NCBI GenBank assembly: GCA_030600555.1
Contig: JAUVLW010000003.1
Location: 1-50,780 of the forward strand
DNA: 50,780 nucleotides
Direction: 5' to 3'
DNA from: Candidatus Aenigmatarchaeota archaeon
Lineage (GTDB): Archaea > Aenigmatarchaeota > Aenigmatarchaeia > QMZS01
Shown: piece after piece, positions 25,413 to 35,300 of the stretch
Numbering within the stretch: position 1 is the stretch's first letter
How the letters are laid out: the number at the start of each line of letters is the position of its first letter
Made by a program: the position numbers and the translations under genes
Notes under the pieces: model-generated
The model's database searches: none
The model's input: the letters and a program-made list of their open reading frames with translations, nothing else
Told to the model about the DNA's origin: nothing

Positions 25413-25795
25413 GTGATTTCAAAATTGAAAAAATAATAACTATAAAAGAACTATTAAAATATCAGCAACTTCTTCACAAAGTATATAACTCAGAAGAGAT
25501 TAAAAGATACATTTACAATCTGGTGGATTCAACAAGAAATCCAACAAAATATTCAATTGAAACCGGAAAATATATTAGATGCGGCGGAAGCCCAAGAGCT
25601 TCCATATTCTTAGGTATTGCGGCAAAATCAAATGCTCTAATTAATGGAAGGGATTATGTTATTCCAGAAGATGTACAGGCAATTGTAAAAAATGTGTTAA
25701 GACATAGGATAATATTAAATTATGAAGGTAAAGCAAAAAATATTGAAAGCGATGAGATTATCGATGAAATTTTAGATAAAATTGAAATTTTATAA
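25409..25795 (+). CDS. MoxR-family AAA+ ATPase, copy 2, C-terminal lid domain (split ORF)
   Basis: Colinear with residues ~197-324 of copy 1 (GGSPRASIFLGIAAKSNALINGRDYVIPEDVQAIVKNVLRHR). Its ATG overlaps the upstream TGA (ATGA). Confidence 0.8.
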   Translation: MSDFKIEKIITIKELLKYQQLLHKVYNSEEIKRYIYNLVDSTRNPTKYSIETGKYIRCGGSPRASIFLGIAAKSNALINGRDYVIPEDVQAIVKNVLRHRIILNYEGKAKNIESDEIIDEILDKIEIL

Positions 25796-25796
25796 A

Positions 25797-26711
25797 ATGA
25801 AATGGTTTGGCAAATCAGCAGAAATTGAGAAAAACAAAACTGTTACGGAAATTGATGAATTGGTGGAAGAGGTTGACAAAAATGTAATGGGTTTTACAGA
25901 GATATTCAATTTCATACTAAAATATAAAATTCTATTCCAGAGCAGCGGTTTGGAATTTGCAGGATTAAGAGAATATTCTCCGGGAGAAGACGATGCTTCA
26001 AGAATTGACTGGAAATCAAGTTTAAAAGGTCAAAAAATATATGTAAAACAATACGAAGAAGAAAAAAATCTGGACATCTTTATTCTGTTTGACTCTTCCT
26101 CAAGCATGTTATTTGGCACCCAGGAAAAACTAAAAAGTGAATATGCCTCCATAGTTGCAGCAACTATTTCGTTTGCCAGCGTGGAGGTTGGGGATAATAT
26201 TGGATTTGCAATGTTTAACGATAAAATAATAAATTTTCTGGAACCTCTGCAGGACATTTCACAATACTACCACATATTAAATTTGTTGGTTGATAAAAAA
26301 AATTATGGGGGGGGATGCAAAATGGGGGATGCTTTATCCATGGTATTAAATAATATACCGGAAAAAACCATATTATTCATAATTTCTGATTTTATAGGAA
26401 CTGATGATATAGAAGACAAAATAAAAATGTGTGCCGGAAAATTTGATAAAGTTTTTGGAATTGTAGTGCGGGACCCCAGAGATGAATCATTGCCTCCGGA
26501 TTTAGGTTATATTTCTTTTCTGGATCCTTTTTCAAACAAAACAATGACCGTAAACACAGATAAAATCAGGGAGAAATTTGAACAGGAAGCAAAACTACAA
26601 ATAGCAAAACTTGAAAAAATATTTGTGGAATCAGGAGCCAGTTTCATTAAAGTATACACAAATGAATCCTTTGCGGAACCCATAATTAACCACTTGCAAT
26701 TTATGGAATAA
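25797..26711 (+). CDS. DUF58 (VWA-like) protein
   Basis: Hallmark LREYSPGEDDASRIDWKSS plus a MIDAS-like FDSSSSM. ATG at 25797 preferred over the TTG at 25782. Confidence 0.88.
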   Translation: MKWFGKSAEIEKNKTVTEIDELVEEVDKNVMGFTEIFNFILKYKILFQSSGLEFAGLREYSPGEDDASRIDWKSSLKGQKIYVKQYEEEKNLDIFILFDSSSSMLFGTQEKLKSEYASIVAATISFASVEVGDNIGFAMFNDKIINFLEPLQDISQYYHILNLLVDKKNYGGGCKMGDALSMVLNNIPEKTILFIISDFIGTDDIEDKIKMCAGKFDKVFGIVVRDPRDESLPPDLGYISFLDPFSNKTMTVNTDKIREKFEQEAKLQIAKLEKIFVESGASFIKVYTNESFAEPIINHLQFME

Positions 26712-26721
26712 TACTACTATT

Positions 26722-27675
26722 ATGGAGATTTCATTTACCTTGGAACATACTAACCTGCTAATAATCTTGGTTAGTATGGTAATTATATTGTATTTACTCT
26801 CAAAGAAATTTTCAAAAAAAAGAGCATTAAGATTTGGAAATTTTGAAACTCTGCAAAAAGTTGCGGGGAAAAAACTTCTGTCATATTCCATAATACCCAT
26901 TATGATTAGAATATTTGCGCTCATTTTAATAATTTTGAGTCTATCAAACCCTGTTATAACAATTATGACTCCTTCCTCAGACACAGATTATATTCTTGCA
27001 ATTGATACTTCTTCGAGTATGTTAACTCCGGACATCACCCCAAACAGACTGGAAGCGACCAGAATTACTGCTCTTGACTTTGTAAAAGAAAACTACGCAA
27101 GCAATATAGGCATAATAACTTTTTCAGGTGAAGCCCATATAAAAACTGAACCAATTAAAGACACCGCAAAATTAACAGAAATTATCAAAGAACTTAATAT
27201 TGACAATACAGGAGGGACCGCAATAGGTGAAGCGGTTATTGTCTCTTCCAGTCTGCTATCTGGAACAGAAAATAACAAAACAATTATATTAATCACAGAT
27301 GGAAGAAATAACAAAGGCATTGAAATTAATAAAACATATTCGTCCCTTGAAGAAAAAAGAATCAAAATAATTTCAATTGGGCTGGGAAATAAAATTAACG
27401 AAAGTGTTCAAATACCAAAAGAACTTGAAGGTCTAAACGCAACAGTTGCAAAATTCCCCTCCATTGATGAAGATACTCTCAAAAAACTTTCCAACCTAAC
27501 AAAAGGCACTTATTACAAAATAACCAGCTTAGACGAATTCAAAGATGCAATGAAAAAAAGCACACATCAAAAAGATCTAATAATTAATATACAATTTTAT
27601 TTATTGCTGCTTGCTTGTATCACTTTATTATTTGGATGGGGTCTGGAACTAACCAAGTACCGGGTAATTCCTTAA
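26722..27675 (+). CDS. BatA-like membrane-anchored von Willebrand factor A domain protein
   Basis: Two N-terminal TM segments, MIDAS ILAIDTSSSM, ..TGGTAIGEA.., ITDGRNN, and a C-terminal TM. Confidence 0.88.
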   Translation: MEISFTLEHTNLLIILVSMVIILYLLSKKFSKKRALRFGNFETLQKVAGKKLLSYSIIPIMIRIFALILIILSLSNPVITIMTPSSDTDYILAIDTSSSMLTPDITPNRLEATRITALDFVKENYASNIGIITFSGEAHIKTEPIKDTAKLTEIIKELNIDNTGGTAIGEAVIVSSSLLSGTENNKTIILITDGRNNKGIEINKTYSSLEEKRIKIISIGLGNKINESVQIPKELEGLNATVAKFPSIDEDTLKKLSNLTKGTYYKITSLDEFKDAMKKSTHQKDLIINIQFYLLLLACITLLFGWGLELTKYRVIP

Positions 27676-27699
27676 TGTATATCTAAGAAATTAATTATT

Positions 27700-28758
27700 A
27701 TGGACAACAATTTTAATCAGATTGATACTATAGATAACACTCCAAACCAAGCTAATGAGACAGAAAATAAATCAAATCAGATTGACAAGATAAGTAACAT
27801 GGTAGACCAAGCTAATAAAACAAAAAATAAATCTAATCCTATCAATAATGTAGACCAAACTAATAAAACAAAAAATAGATCCAAACCTCCCGCTAAAAAA
27901 AAGAGGAATGTAAAAACGAATAATAAAAAACAAAAAAAAACCAAAAGTTCAAATGAACTTGCAGATTTAATAAAAACATTAATAAATATTGAAACAAAAC
28001 AGGAGTTGTATATAAAAGAACTGCTGGATATTGTTAAAAACGGCGGAACTTTTGTCAAAAATCCTTTAAAGGAAACCGAAACAAAAATCGCAAATATAGG
28101 CAACCTAAAAAAAGTTTTGGATTTAAAATTAAAGAAAAATAATATGACAAATGTAGAAAGAGAAATATCTCTAGATATACCTTCACTTAGGATTAAAGAC
28201 AAATTTAAAATTGAAGATAAATTAGAAAATAAAATAAGAAAATTTGAAAATAAGAAAATAAAAAGTTTTTTTGGTTTTAAAAAAAATGACGATGACAAAG
28301 ATTTATTAAAAAAAATGGTTACTAAAAACATGAAGAAACTTTTGCAATTGAATGACGACCGAAAACAGATAATTGGACTTAGCTATATTTTAAGACAATT
28401 TCTTGAAATAAAATTTAGTATTCCGCAAACATTGACCTATCTGGAAATGATAACCGAATTAAAATCCAGAGATATAAATAATGATTTGAAAATTAAATTA
28501 ATTGAATTTTTCAGCAAATTATTGGAAGAAATTTATAAAGGCGATGAACTAACAATCTCTGTGGATGAATCATTTGAGTTAACTAACCAAACAATTCAGG
28601 AACTCGGTAAACAGGACAAAATAAAAAAAGAACTTGAAAAAAAACAGGAAATACTAACGCAAGATTCAAACAAACCCGACCAAAAAATAACAGAATCGCC
28701 TCAAATAACAACAAATAATAACACTGAAACCGCAATAAACACCCAAAAACAACAGTGA
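27700..28758 (+). CDS. N/K/Q-rich low-complexity protein with a possibly DUF4129-like C-terminal region
   Basis: The N-terminus is encoded by about 2.8 copies of a 60-nt repeat (27715-27882). The C-terminal segment ..IIGLSYILRQFLEIKFSIPQTLTYLEMITELKSRD..LIEFFSKLLEEIYKG resembles the helical pattern of DUF4129-type partners of MoxR/DUF58 operons; this is a weak call. Confidence 0.6.
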   Translation: MDNNFNQIDTIDNTPNQANETENKSNQIDKISNMVDQANKTKNKSNPINNVDQTNKTKNRSKPPAKKKRNVKTNNKKQKKTKSSNELADLIKTLINIETKQELYIKELLDIVKNGGTFVKNPLKETETKIANIGNLKKVLDLKLKKNNMTNVEREISLDIPSLRIKDKFKIEDKLENKIRKFENKKIKSFFGFKKNDDDKDLLKKMVTKNMKKLLQLNDDRKQIIGLSYILRQFLEIKFSIPQTLTYLEMITELKSRDINNDLKIKLIEFFSKLLEEIYKGDELTISVDESFELTNQTIQELGKQDKIKKELEKKQEILTQDSNKPDQKITESPQITTNNNTETAINTQKQQ

Positions 28759-28830
28759 ATCTTACAAATAAGCCATTTAATTAAAAAGCACCCTCAGAGA
28801 ATATCAATAAAACTAATAATATAAAATATT

Positions 28831-29313
28831 ATGAAAGTAAAACTTAGTATTTCACTGGGTGTATTATTGCTGACCTGCTTAATAATAGCCCCATTTATCC
28901 ACGAAATGGTGCATATCTTCACATTTAACTCTCTTTCAGGCAATTATTTTGCGGATATTGCTGTGTCCTCCAGTGTTTACGGTTCCTTTAAGGTCTTATC
29001 CCCTATGAATTTATTCGAATATATTGTGCTTCTTTCAGGAGGCGTCGCTTCAAGCCTAATTCTCGGAGCCTTATTTATCCACCTTGGAAGGAAAAAAGTC
29101 AGCTATATCTCTACAAACTTTGGCATAGGTTTCCTTTTAAACCCTTCTCTTTCAATGCTTACAAAAAATGATATCTCCACATTATTTTCATTCATAGGTC
29201 TAAATTATTTATCTATTTTAATAGGGGTCTGCATACTGGGGGTCTGTCTTTTTGAATTTAATTATTCCACAAAAATCATGATGGCACATAACCAAAATAT
29301 TGCAGCAGCATAA
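28831..29313 (+). CDS. Small polytopic membrane protein with an HExxH motif (putative membrane zinc peptidase, DUF3267-like)
   Basis: FIHEMVHIF sits at the end of TM1, followed by 3-4 further TM segments. Confidence 0.6.
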   Translation: MKVKLSISLGVLLLTCLIIAPFIHEMVHIFTFNSLSGNYFADIAVSSSVYGSFKVLSPMNLFEYIVLLSGGVASSLILGALFIHLGRKKVSYISTNFGIGFLLNPSLSMLTKNDISTLFSFIGLNYLSILIGVCILGVCLFEFNYSTKIMMAHNQNIAAA

Positions 29314-31504
29314 TTGCAAAAGAAATAATCAACAAGAAAAACACGAAATAAATTAAACTATTAATCATTCTTGATTCTTCTTCGCCTCTTAGCTCCCGTT
29401 CTTTCTTATGATGTATTAATATCAATTCTATTAATATTAAAATAAATATAATCAAAGGCAATAAAGGAATTTGAGGGGATAAAATTTCCGGAAAAGTAAA
29501 TATTGTCAAAGGAGAAAAAGCGTAAGCATTTTCTTTACTCCATAAAATAACTGTGGCGTTGCAGGTTGCAGGTAGATTCTTTGTTTTTACAGTTACTATT
29601 ATCGTATCCGACATTGATTCATTTAAACCAGATAGTTCTGTATAATTATAAGATTCAATGCATTGCTCTGCATTTTCCAATCTTAATCTTATGTCATGCA
29701 AAGGAACTTTTCCTGTATTTTCTATAAGTATTGGAAAACTATTGACTGTATTTATATTAAAACCAATTTCTCTTGGTATTTCTATTATCTCCAACCTAGT
29801 TCTGTTAATTCCTTCAACCACAGTCAACCAAAAATAATCTATGTCTAAAGTCATATCTCCAATAACCGCTTTTACCGGGATAACATATTGTCCAAATGCT
29901 GTGTAAGGAGGCAATACAAATATGGTTCTATTTACTGTTTGATTTGCATCCAAAAAAGAAATCAACGCATCCTGCTTTTGCCAATCTTCAGGAACAATAG
30001 GAATTAAAGTAATATTTGAGATATTAACATTTCCTATATTGGTTATATTAAAAATAGAAGGAATCCAATTTCCCTGAGAACCTTGAAGTGATTCATTAAA
30101 AGGTTTTATGGTCAAAGCCAATTCAACGGTTTCTATTTCGGGTATTGGTTGCGGTATTGGTTGCGGTTCTGGTTTTGGTTCAGGTTGTGGTTCTGGTCGC
30201 GGTACTATTTCGGGTTCAGGTTGTGGTTCAGGGGTAGCTAAATTCCCAGTAATATTAATTATCTCAAAATCTTCAAATCTATCAATAGAACCGCTGCATT
30301 CCACGAGCTTCGTGCAGTTTGCAGTTACATTATCCGCCAATAAGGTACAGTTATAAGTTGTTTTCATACTGCTGCATCTTTGAGTTCGGACACTAAATTC
30401 AACTGAAGAGCCATTTAGGTCTATTGATTCCACAAAAAAATTATAATTATTTATTTTGTTATCATTAAAAGCGCAATCCTCGGGAGTGAGATTTAAAGAA
30501 GTGGAGTTTAAATCATCTGAAAGACATGCGTAACAATAATCACTGCAACTATTCAAAGTATAAGAAAACGCCCGATAATCAGTTCCATTTATAGCTCCAA
30601 TACCCTCATAACCAACAGTGCCATTCTTAATACCAGACACGTTAATGCCTGAAACTGTGTCTGTATTTATGTTATGGGTTGATTCTGTTACGTAAGTGTT
30701 GCATGTTGCTTTCTCACTTACACATATCCAATATATCCCTATTTTAGTGCAATTCATAGTGGTATTGAGTGTCTCAAATTCTGTGGTAACCTGTTCGTCA
30801 GCAATATAACTTGAATAATCCACAATAACCACTGCGGTATAATTTCCAATAGGGGTGCTAATTGTATCCCATATAGCCCAGTAAAAACTCATATCCCCAG
30901 TTTCGATATCGCTTTCAGGATACCCACTGCCTGAAGAACTCCATTCAGTTCCCCCACTGCTATTATCCACTCTCAACTCAAAAGATTTTCCAGTTAAAAC
31001 AATATTGCCTGTGTTTTCAAAATAAACTAAAATAGGCAGAGTTTGATTTTGAAAATATTTTTTTTGAATATCAAAAGGAATGAACCTGACTATAGAAGCC
31101 ATGCATGTTGCAGTAACCTGCACAGAAATATCCACTTCTCCAGTTACCTCAATTATATCCATCACAAAGAAAAAAGAAGTATTTGAAACAGAAAGAGTTC
31201 CATTATCCAAATAATAAACAAGATAATAATAAGTGCCTAAATAAGAATTATTATCCGGAACATAGTAATCATAGTAATAAGTTGTATTGCTTATATTAAG
31301 CATTGGATAAGTCTGATTCTCTCCGAAGGGTGTGGTTATATTTATAGAAACATTTGTTATATTTTCCCCAGTAATATTTGCATATAATCCCATATGCCCC
31401 CCGAGTTCCGTATAAACAGGTCCATTCCATATTGTGATATTTGCTCCAAGAACTGGCGCAAAAATAAAAAACAAACATAACAACAAGAAATAAACAGATT
31501 TCAT
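29276..31504 (-). CDS. 742-aa sequon- and Cys-rich surface protein with a PEPQ linker, CARDB/COG1470-like repeats and C-terminal TM anchors
   Basis: Signal peptide MKSVYFLLLCLFFIFAPVLG. Linker PEPQPEPEIVPRPEPQPEPKPEPQPIPQPIPE. NITNIGNVNISNITL and LIENTGKVPLHDIRL blocks. C-terminus LLPLIIFILILIELILIHHKK plus a second TM. Confidence 0.85.
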   Translation of the reverse strand: MKSVYFLLLCLFFIFAPVLGANITIWNGPVYTELGGHMGLYANITGENITNVSINITTPFGENQTYPMLNISNTTYYYDYYVPDNNSYLGTYYYLVYYLDNGTLSVSNTSFFFVMDIIEVTGEVDISVQVTATCMASIVRFIPFDIQKKYFQNQTLPILVYFENTGNIVLTGKSFELRVDNSSGGTEWSSSGSGYPESDIETGDMSFYWAIWDTISTPIGNYTAVVIVDYSSYIADEQVTTEFETLNTTMNCTKIGIYWICVSEKATCNTYVTESTHNINTDTVSGINVSGIKNGTVGYEGIGAINGTDYRAFSYTLNSCSDYCYACLSDDLNSTSLNLTPEDCAFNDNKINNYNFFVESIDLNGSSVEFSVRTQRCSSMKTTYNCTLLADNVTANCTKLVECSGSIDRFEDFEIINITGNLATPEPQPEPEIVPRPEPQPEPKPEPQPIPQPIPEIETVELALTIKPFNESLQGSQGNWIPSIFNITNIGNVNISNITLIPIVPEDWQKQDALISFLDANQTVNRTIFVLPPYTAFGQYVIPVKAVIGDMTLDIDYFWLTVVEGINRTRLEIIEIPREIGFNINTVNSFPILIENTGKVPLHDIRLRLENAEQCIESYNYTELSGLNESMSDTIIVTVKTKNLPATCNATVILWSKENAYAFSPLTIFTFPEILSPQIPLLPLIIFILILIELILIHHKKERELRGEEESRMINSLIYFVFFLLIISFAIMLLQYFGYVPS

Positions 31505-31516
31505 AATTTGACTAAA

Positions 31517-32311
31517 TTATTTTTTTACTAAATAGATAATCAAAGATATAACCGCAATAATTAAAACAAGAATCAACCAATTAAAGTTTTCGTTATTCTT
31601 ATCAAAAAACAAATATCCTGTTGGCACACTTCCCTGCGCATCCTCAGAATCTCCTGAATCAATCAGACCTTTATCAACATTATCCCTGACTGGATTGGAA
31701 ACCTTTTGATATTCGCCAGTTGGCGAAGCCTCATAATTAGTTGGATTTACTCCAGGCAACTGGTAAGCAGGATAATTGGATATATTATAAAAGTCCTCAT
31801 TTAAATCCACATATTCTTCAGTTCTCGTAACAGACCCTGGAACCTCAATACGCAGGTTATACTGCAAAGCCTGAATAACATTCTGAACTACTTCATTACC
31901 TCCATTTTTATTTAAAGTTCCCGCCGCCGAGACAATTATAGGAATATTGTAATGACTTGTGGTTATTTGCTTAGGCACATTCACATAAACCTTAACCTTA
32001 TAGAGTTTTGCATATTTATCGCCTCCAATAATAACCCAACTTGAATCGCCTGTTGGGGTTGCAGTAAGACCGCCCTGCAAATTAAAAGTTTTGGGGACCA
32101 CCTGCACATTTAAATCTTCCACACTTCCCGCATTAACTGAGATCTCTAATGAAGTTTCATCTAATGAAAAAACAGAAATCTCAAACATACCCGCACTTCC
32201 TTTATTTATAGCCATGGAAGTTTTGTCAATTGTTCCACCTAAGGTTGCGGCTAATATAGGACTCAAAAGAATCAAATATATTATCATCACCGAAAAAAAT
32301 ATTGCTTTCAT
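31517..32311 (-). CDS. 264-aa secreted, C-terminally anchored surface protein
   Basis: Signal peptide ..LLSPILAA. C-terminus WLILVLIIAVISLIIYLVKK. Lies 3 nt downstream of the 4056-aa gene and 12 nt upstream of the 742-aa gene. Confidence 0.8.
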   Translation of the reverse strand: MKAIFFSVMIIYLILLSPILAATLGGTIDKTSMAINKGSAGMFEISVFSLDETSLEISVNAGSVEDLNVQVVPKTFNLQGGLTATPTGDSSWVIIGGDKYAKLYKVKVYVNVPKQITTSHYNIPIIVSAAGTLNKNGGNEVVQNVIQALQYNLRIEVPGSVTRTEEYVDLNEDFYNISNYPAYQLPGVNPTNYEASPTGEYQKVSNPVRDNVDKGLIDSGDSEDAQGSVPTGYLFFDKNNENFNWLILVLIIAVISLIIYLVKK

Positions 32312-32314
32312 AAT

Positions 32315-35300
32315 TTAACCTGTGGCGTTTGCCATAATATAGATATAACCGTAATAATAGCCTGTGGTTATGCCTTGCGGGGTATTTATCCAGTAATATG
32401 TTGACTGATTTGTGCCTGCTGGGGCAGGAGAAACCATATCTTGATAGGATTCAGTTATATCTGCACCTACACCCGAATTATTGACAAAAGCATAGCTCAT
32501 ATTCTCAACATATATTGAATAACCCGAAGGTCCGGTTAAATTTGACCCTTTTATATATATTCCCTCCGCATCATTGGAATTTTCATTTATTGTAACATAA
32601 ACAGGTCCTCCAGCCAACTCAACTTTATTTACACTCGGCCATGAAGGCTCTACAGTAGCGCTAAGCTGATTATTAGAAAGACTCATTATCAGGACAATTG
32701 AAATATCTATCTTCGTATTGTTTGTATTATTATTTGATGACTGGGTTCCTGTGAACAAAACATCCAAATTCCAAAGGGTATGCAGATTTCCTGTTGAATT
32801 TATTGTCCAGTTTAAAAGACAGGATTCATTTTCATTCAGGGTTCCGCAACTCACAGGATTCTGAGCAGTCCCGTTTGAAGAATCTATAACATAAAAAGGA
32901 GTGGCATACCCAACACTAACTGCTGTATCAGGTTCAGTTCCTGATGAATTATATCTAATAGTTCCCTGCACAACTCCGCAATCTCCGCCTCTGCAGGTAA
33001 CATTTGCTTTCAGGACAAATATCCTGTCCATACCCACCTTATAACCTTCATTGGAATCAGCATCGCCTTTTCCTGGGATTGACGGTGGTAACATTAAAGA
33101 CACTTCAAAATTACTATTGCTCACCGAACTGTTTAGTCCTATAGTTGCATTTGCCTCATTTTTTTCTGTTGTATTATAATATACTGTTGAGTTGTGTGTA
33201 ATATTGCACATTGTAGTATAATTATCTGCGCTTAGCCCAGAGGTATCCCAAGATACTATTGCTATGCCTGTTAAATTTGTTGTGCTTAAAGAAATAAAAT
33301 GCCACCCCCCTTCTGTAGAATTTTGATAATAAAAATATACCGGATAATTCTCAATTTCATCTGAAGTATTAACATCTTTGACTGAACATGTTAAGTCTAT
33401 CAAAGTTCCTACAGAATAATTCCCGCCCGCAGGAGTTCCCCAGGTAATATTTGACCAACCCCATATTTCAATACTTACATTGTTAATTCCATCATCATAA
33501 TAAATTTTACTTGAATTAACTTTTATTGTTTCAGGACCTAATTTATAATCCACAGGTATTGTCCAATTCGTATCCTCTCCTGTCGCTATCTGTGAAGTTG
33601 AATTATGCCATAAAACTGAATCTGGTGTTACAGAGTTACTATTTTCATCAATAGTTGTTGAATTTAAATCAATTGTTTCTCCTCTATGAAAAACCATATT
33701 TGCTGCAGGATAAGCAATAGTTGTATTAAGCAGTCCCTTTACAGTTAAAGTATTTGACCTTGTTATCGGGATTCCTGTTGAAGTATTATAATATATTGAT
33801 GGCGCATCATAGATTTTGCAACTAAAACTATTGCTCCCAACCGGATACTCAGATATATCATAAGTAAAATAAGCTGTTCCGTTTTCATCTGTGGTATTGC
33901 TTCCTATACTGGCAGTACTATTATAAAAATACACTAAATAATTTGCCACATCCCCTGAATTATATATATCTGTAACATTGCAACTAAAAGTAACATCCCC
34001 TCTATAAACACTGCCTGTTGGAGCATTCCAGGTAAGATTGCTTTTACCCCAAACATAGAAATTCTTGTATGGTAGAGAATCATTCCAATTATTATTCTGG
34101 TCTTTTGTATAAATTTTTACAGAATGCTCTCCAACCAGCCAAGTTGAATCTGTATCTATTGTATAATTTGTCCAGTTTTGTGGGTTAAGAGAAGGCAACG
34201 TTATTGTATAATTCTGGAAAGAATCTGTTGTTGAATTAAATTCTGCTTGCGATTCATTTATTGATTCATTCCATCTTGCATAAACAAGAACGGATTCCCC
34301 TTTCCAAACAACTGTATCATTCAAATCATAGATATCATTGTATAAAACAGGTGGTTTAGTATCGCCTGTTTTAGTATCTAAAATACTTTTTCCTTCATTC
34401 TGGGAAGAAGCATTATAATACAAAAAAGAGGCATCAGTAATATTACAGGTTATATTCTCATAACCAAGAGAATTATCAACAAAACTATACTCAGCCCAAC
34501 CTGTTGAATTTGTTGTGTTTGTTCCCAACAATCCTGTTGAGTTATAGAAAGACACAGTATAATTAAAGATTGATGCAGATGAATCCGCATCCCTCACCTT
34601 ACAAAACATTGTTGTGCTGTTTCCAGGTTCAATTGTGGAAGGATTTAAAAAATGTTCAGAAATCTCCGACCAACCCCATACATTCAAATAAAATATATTA
34701 GTTTGATTTAAATTGCCAAAAGTATCATTTGCGTAAATTTTCCAATAAATTTCTCCAGGTGTTATTGAAATATTTGACCATGTAAAATTTGCCCAACTTC
34801 CAGTGTCATTTAAATCCATAGGAGAACCATAAGAGGTTTTGTTTTCCCAAACCCCAGTTTCATTCGTGGATAATATTGCATAACATAACTCAAAATTATC
34901 CTGCCAGTAAGAATATATGATTGTGGGGTCATTTTTATGCACCACAGTTCCATTGTCAGGCCCAACATTTGAATAATTTGGCGGCTGGTTTTCACTGGTT
35001 TCCAAAAGTTCAACTAATCCATCCTGAGAAGAAGCATCATAATACATAGAAATCGGATCCGTAATATTACAGGTAATATTTTCAAACCCCAGAGAATTAT
35101 CAACAAAGCTATACTCAGCCCAACCTGTTGAATTTGTTGTGTTTGTTCCCAACAATCCTGTTGAGTTGTAGAAAGACACAGTATAATCTGATATTGGAGT
35201 GCTATTGTCATCAGTCACCCTGCATCTCATAGTCGTAGACTGCCCCGGTTGAATAACACTTGGATCTAACGAAGAATTAGTTAATGAAGCCAAACCCCAA

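Noticed and set aside
26631-28331. Minus-strand ORFs 26631-26984, 27093-27365 and 27777-28331 (up to 184 aa)
   Set aside because: They are antisense to the DUF58, VWA and N/K-rich genes.
The 184-aa ORF is the F/L/S-rich complement of a Lys/Asn-rich low-complexity gene.
30108-30356. Gly/Cys/Ser-rich 82-aa ORF (GIGCGIGCGSGFGSGCGSGRG)
   Set aside because: It is the reverse-complement reading of the PEPQPEP proline-rich linker of the 742-aa surface protein.
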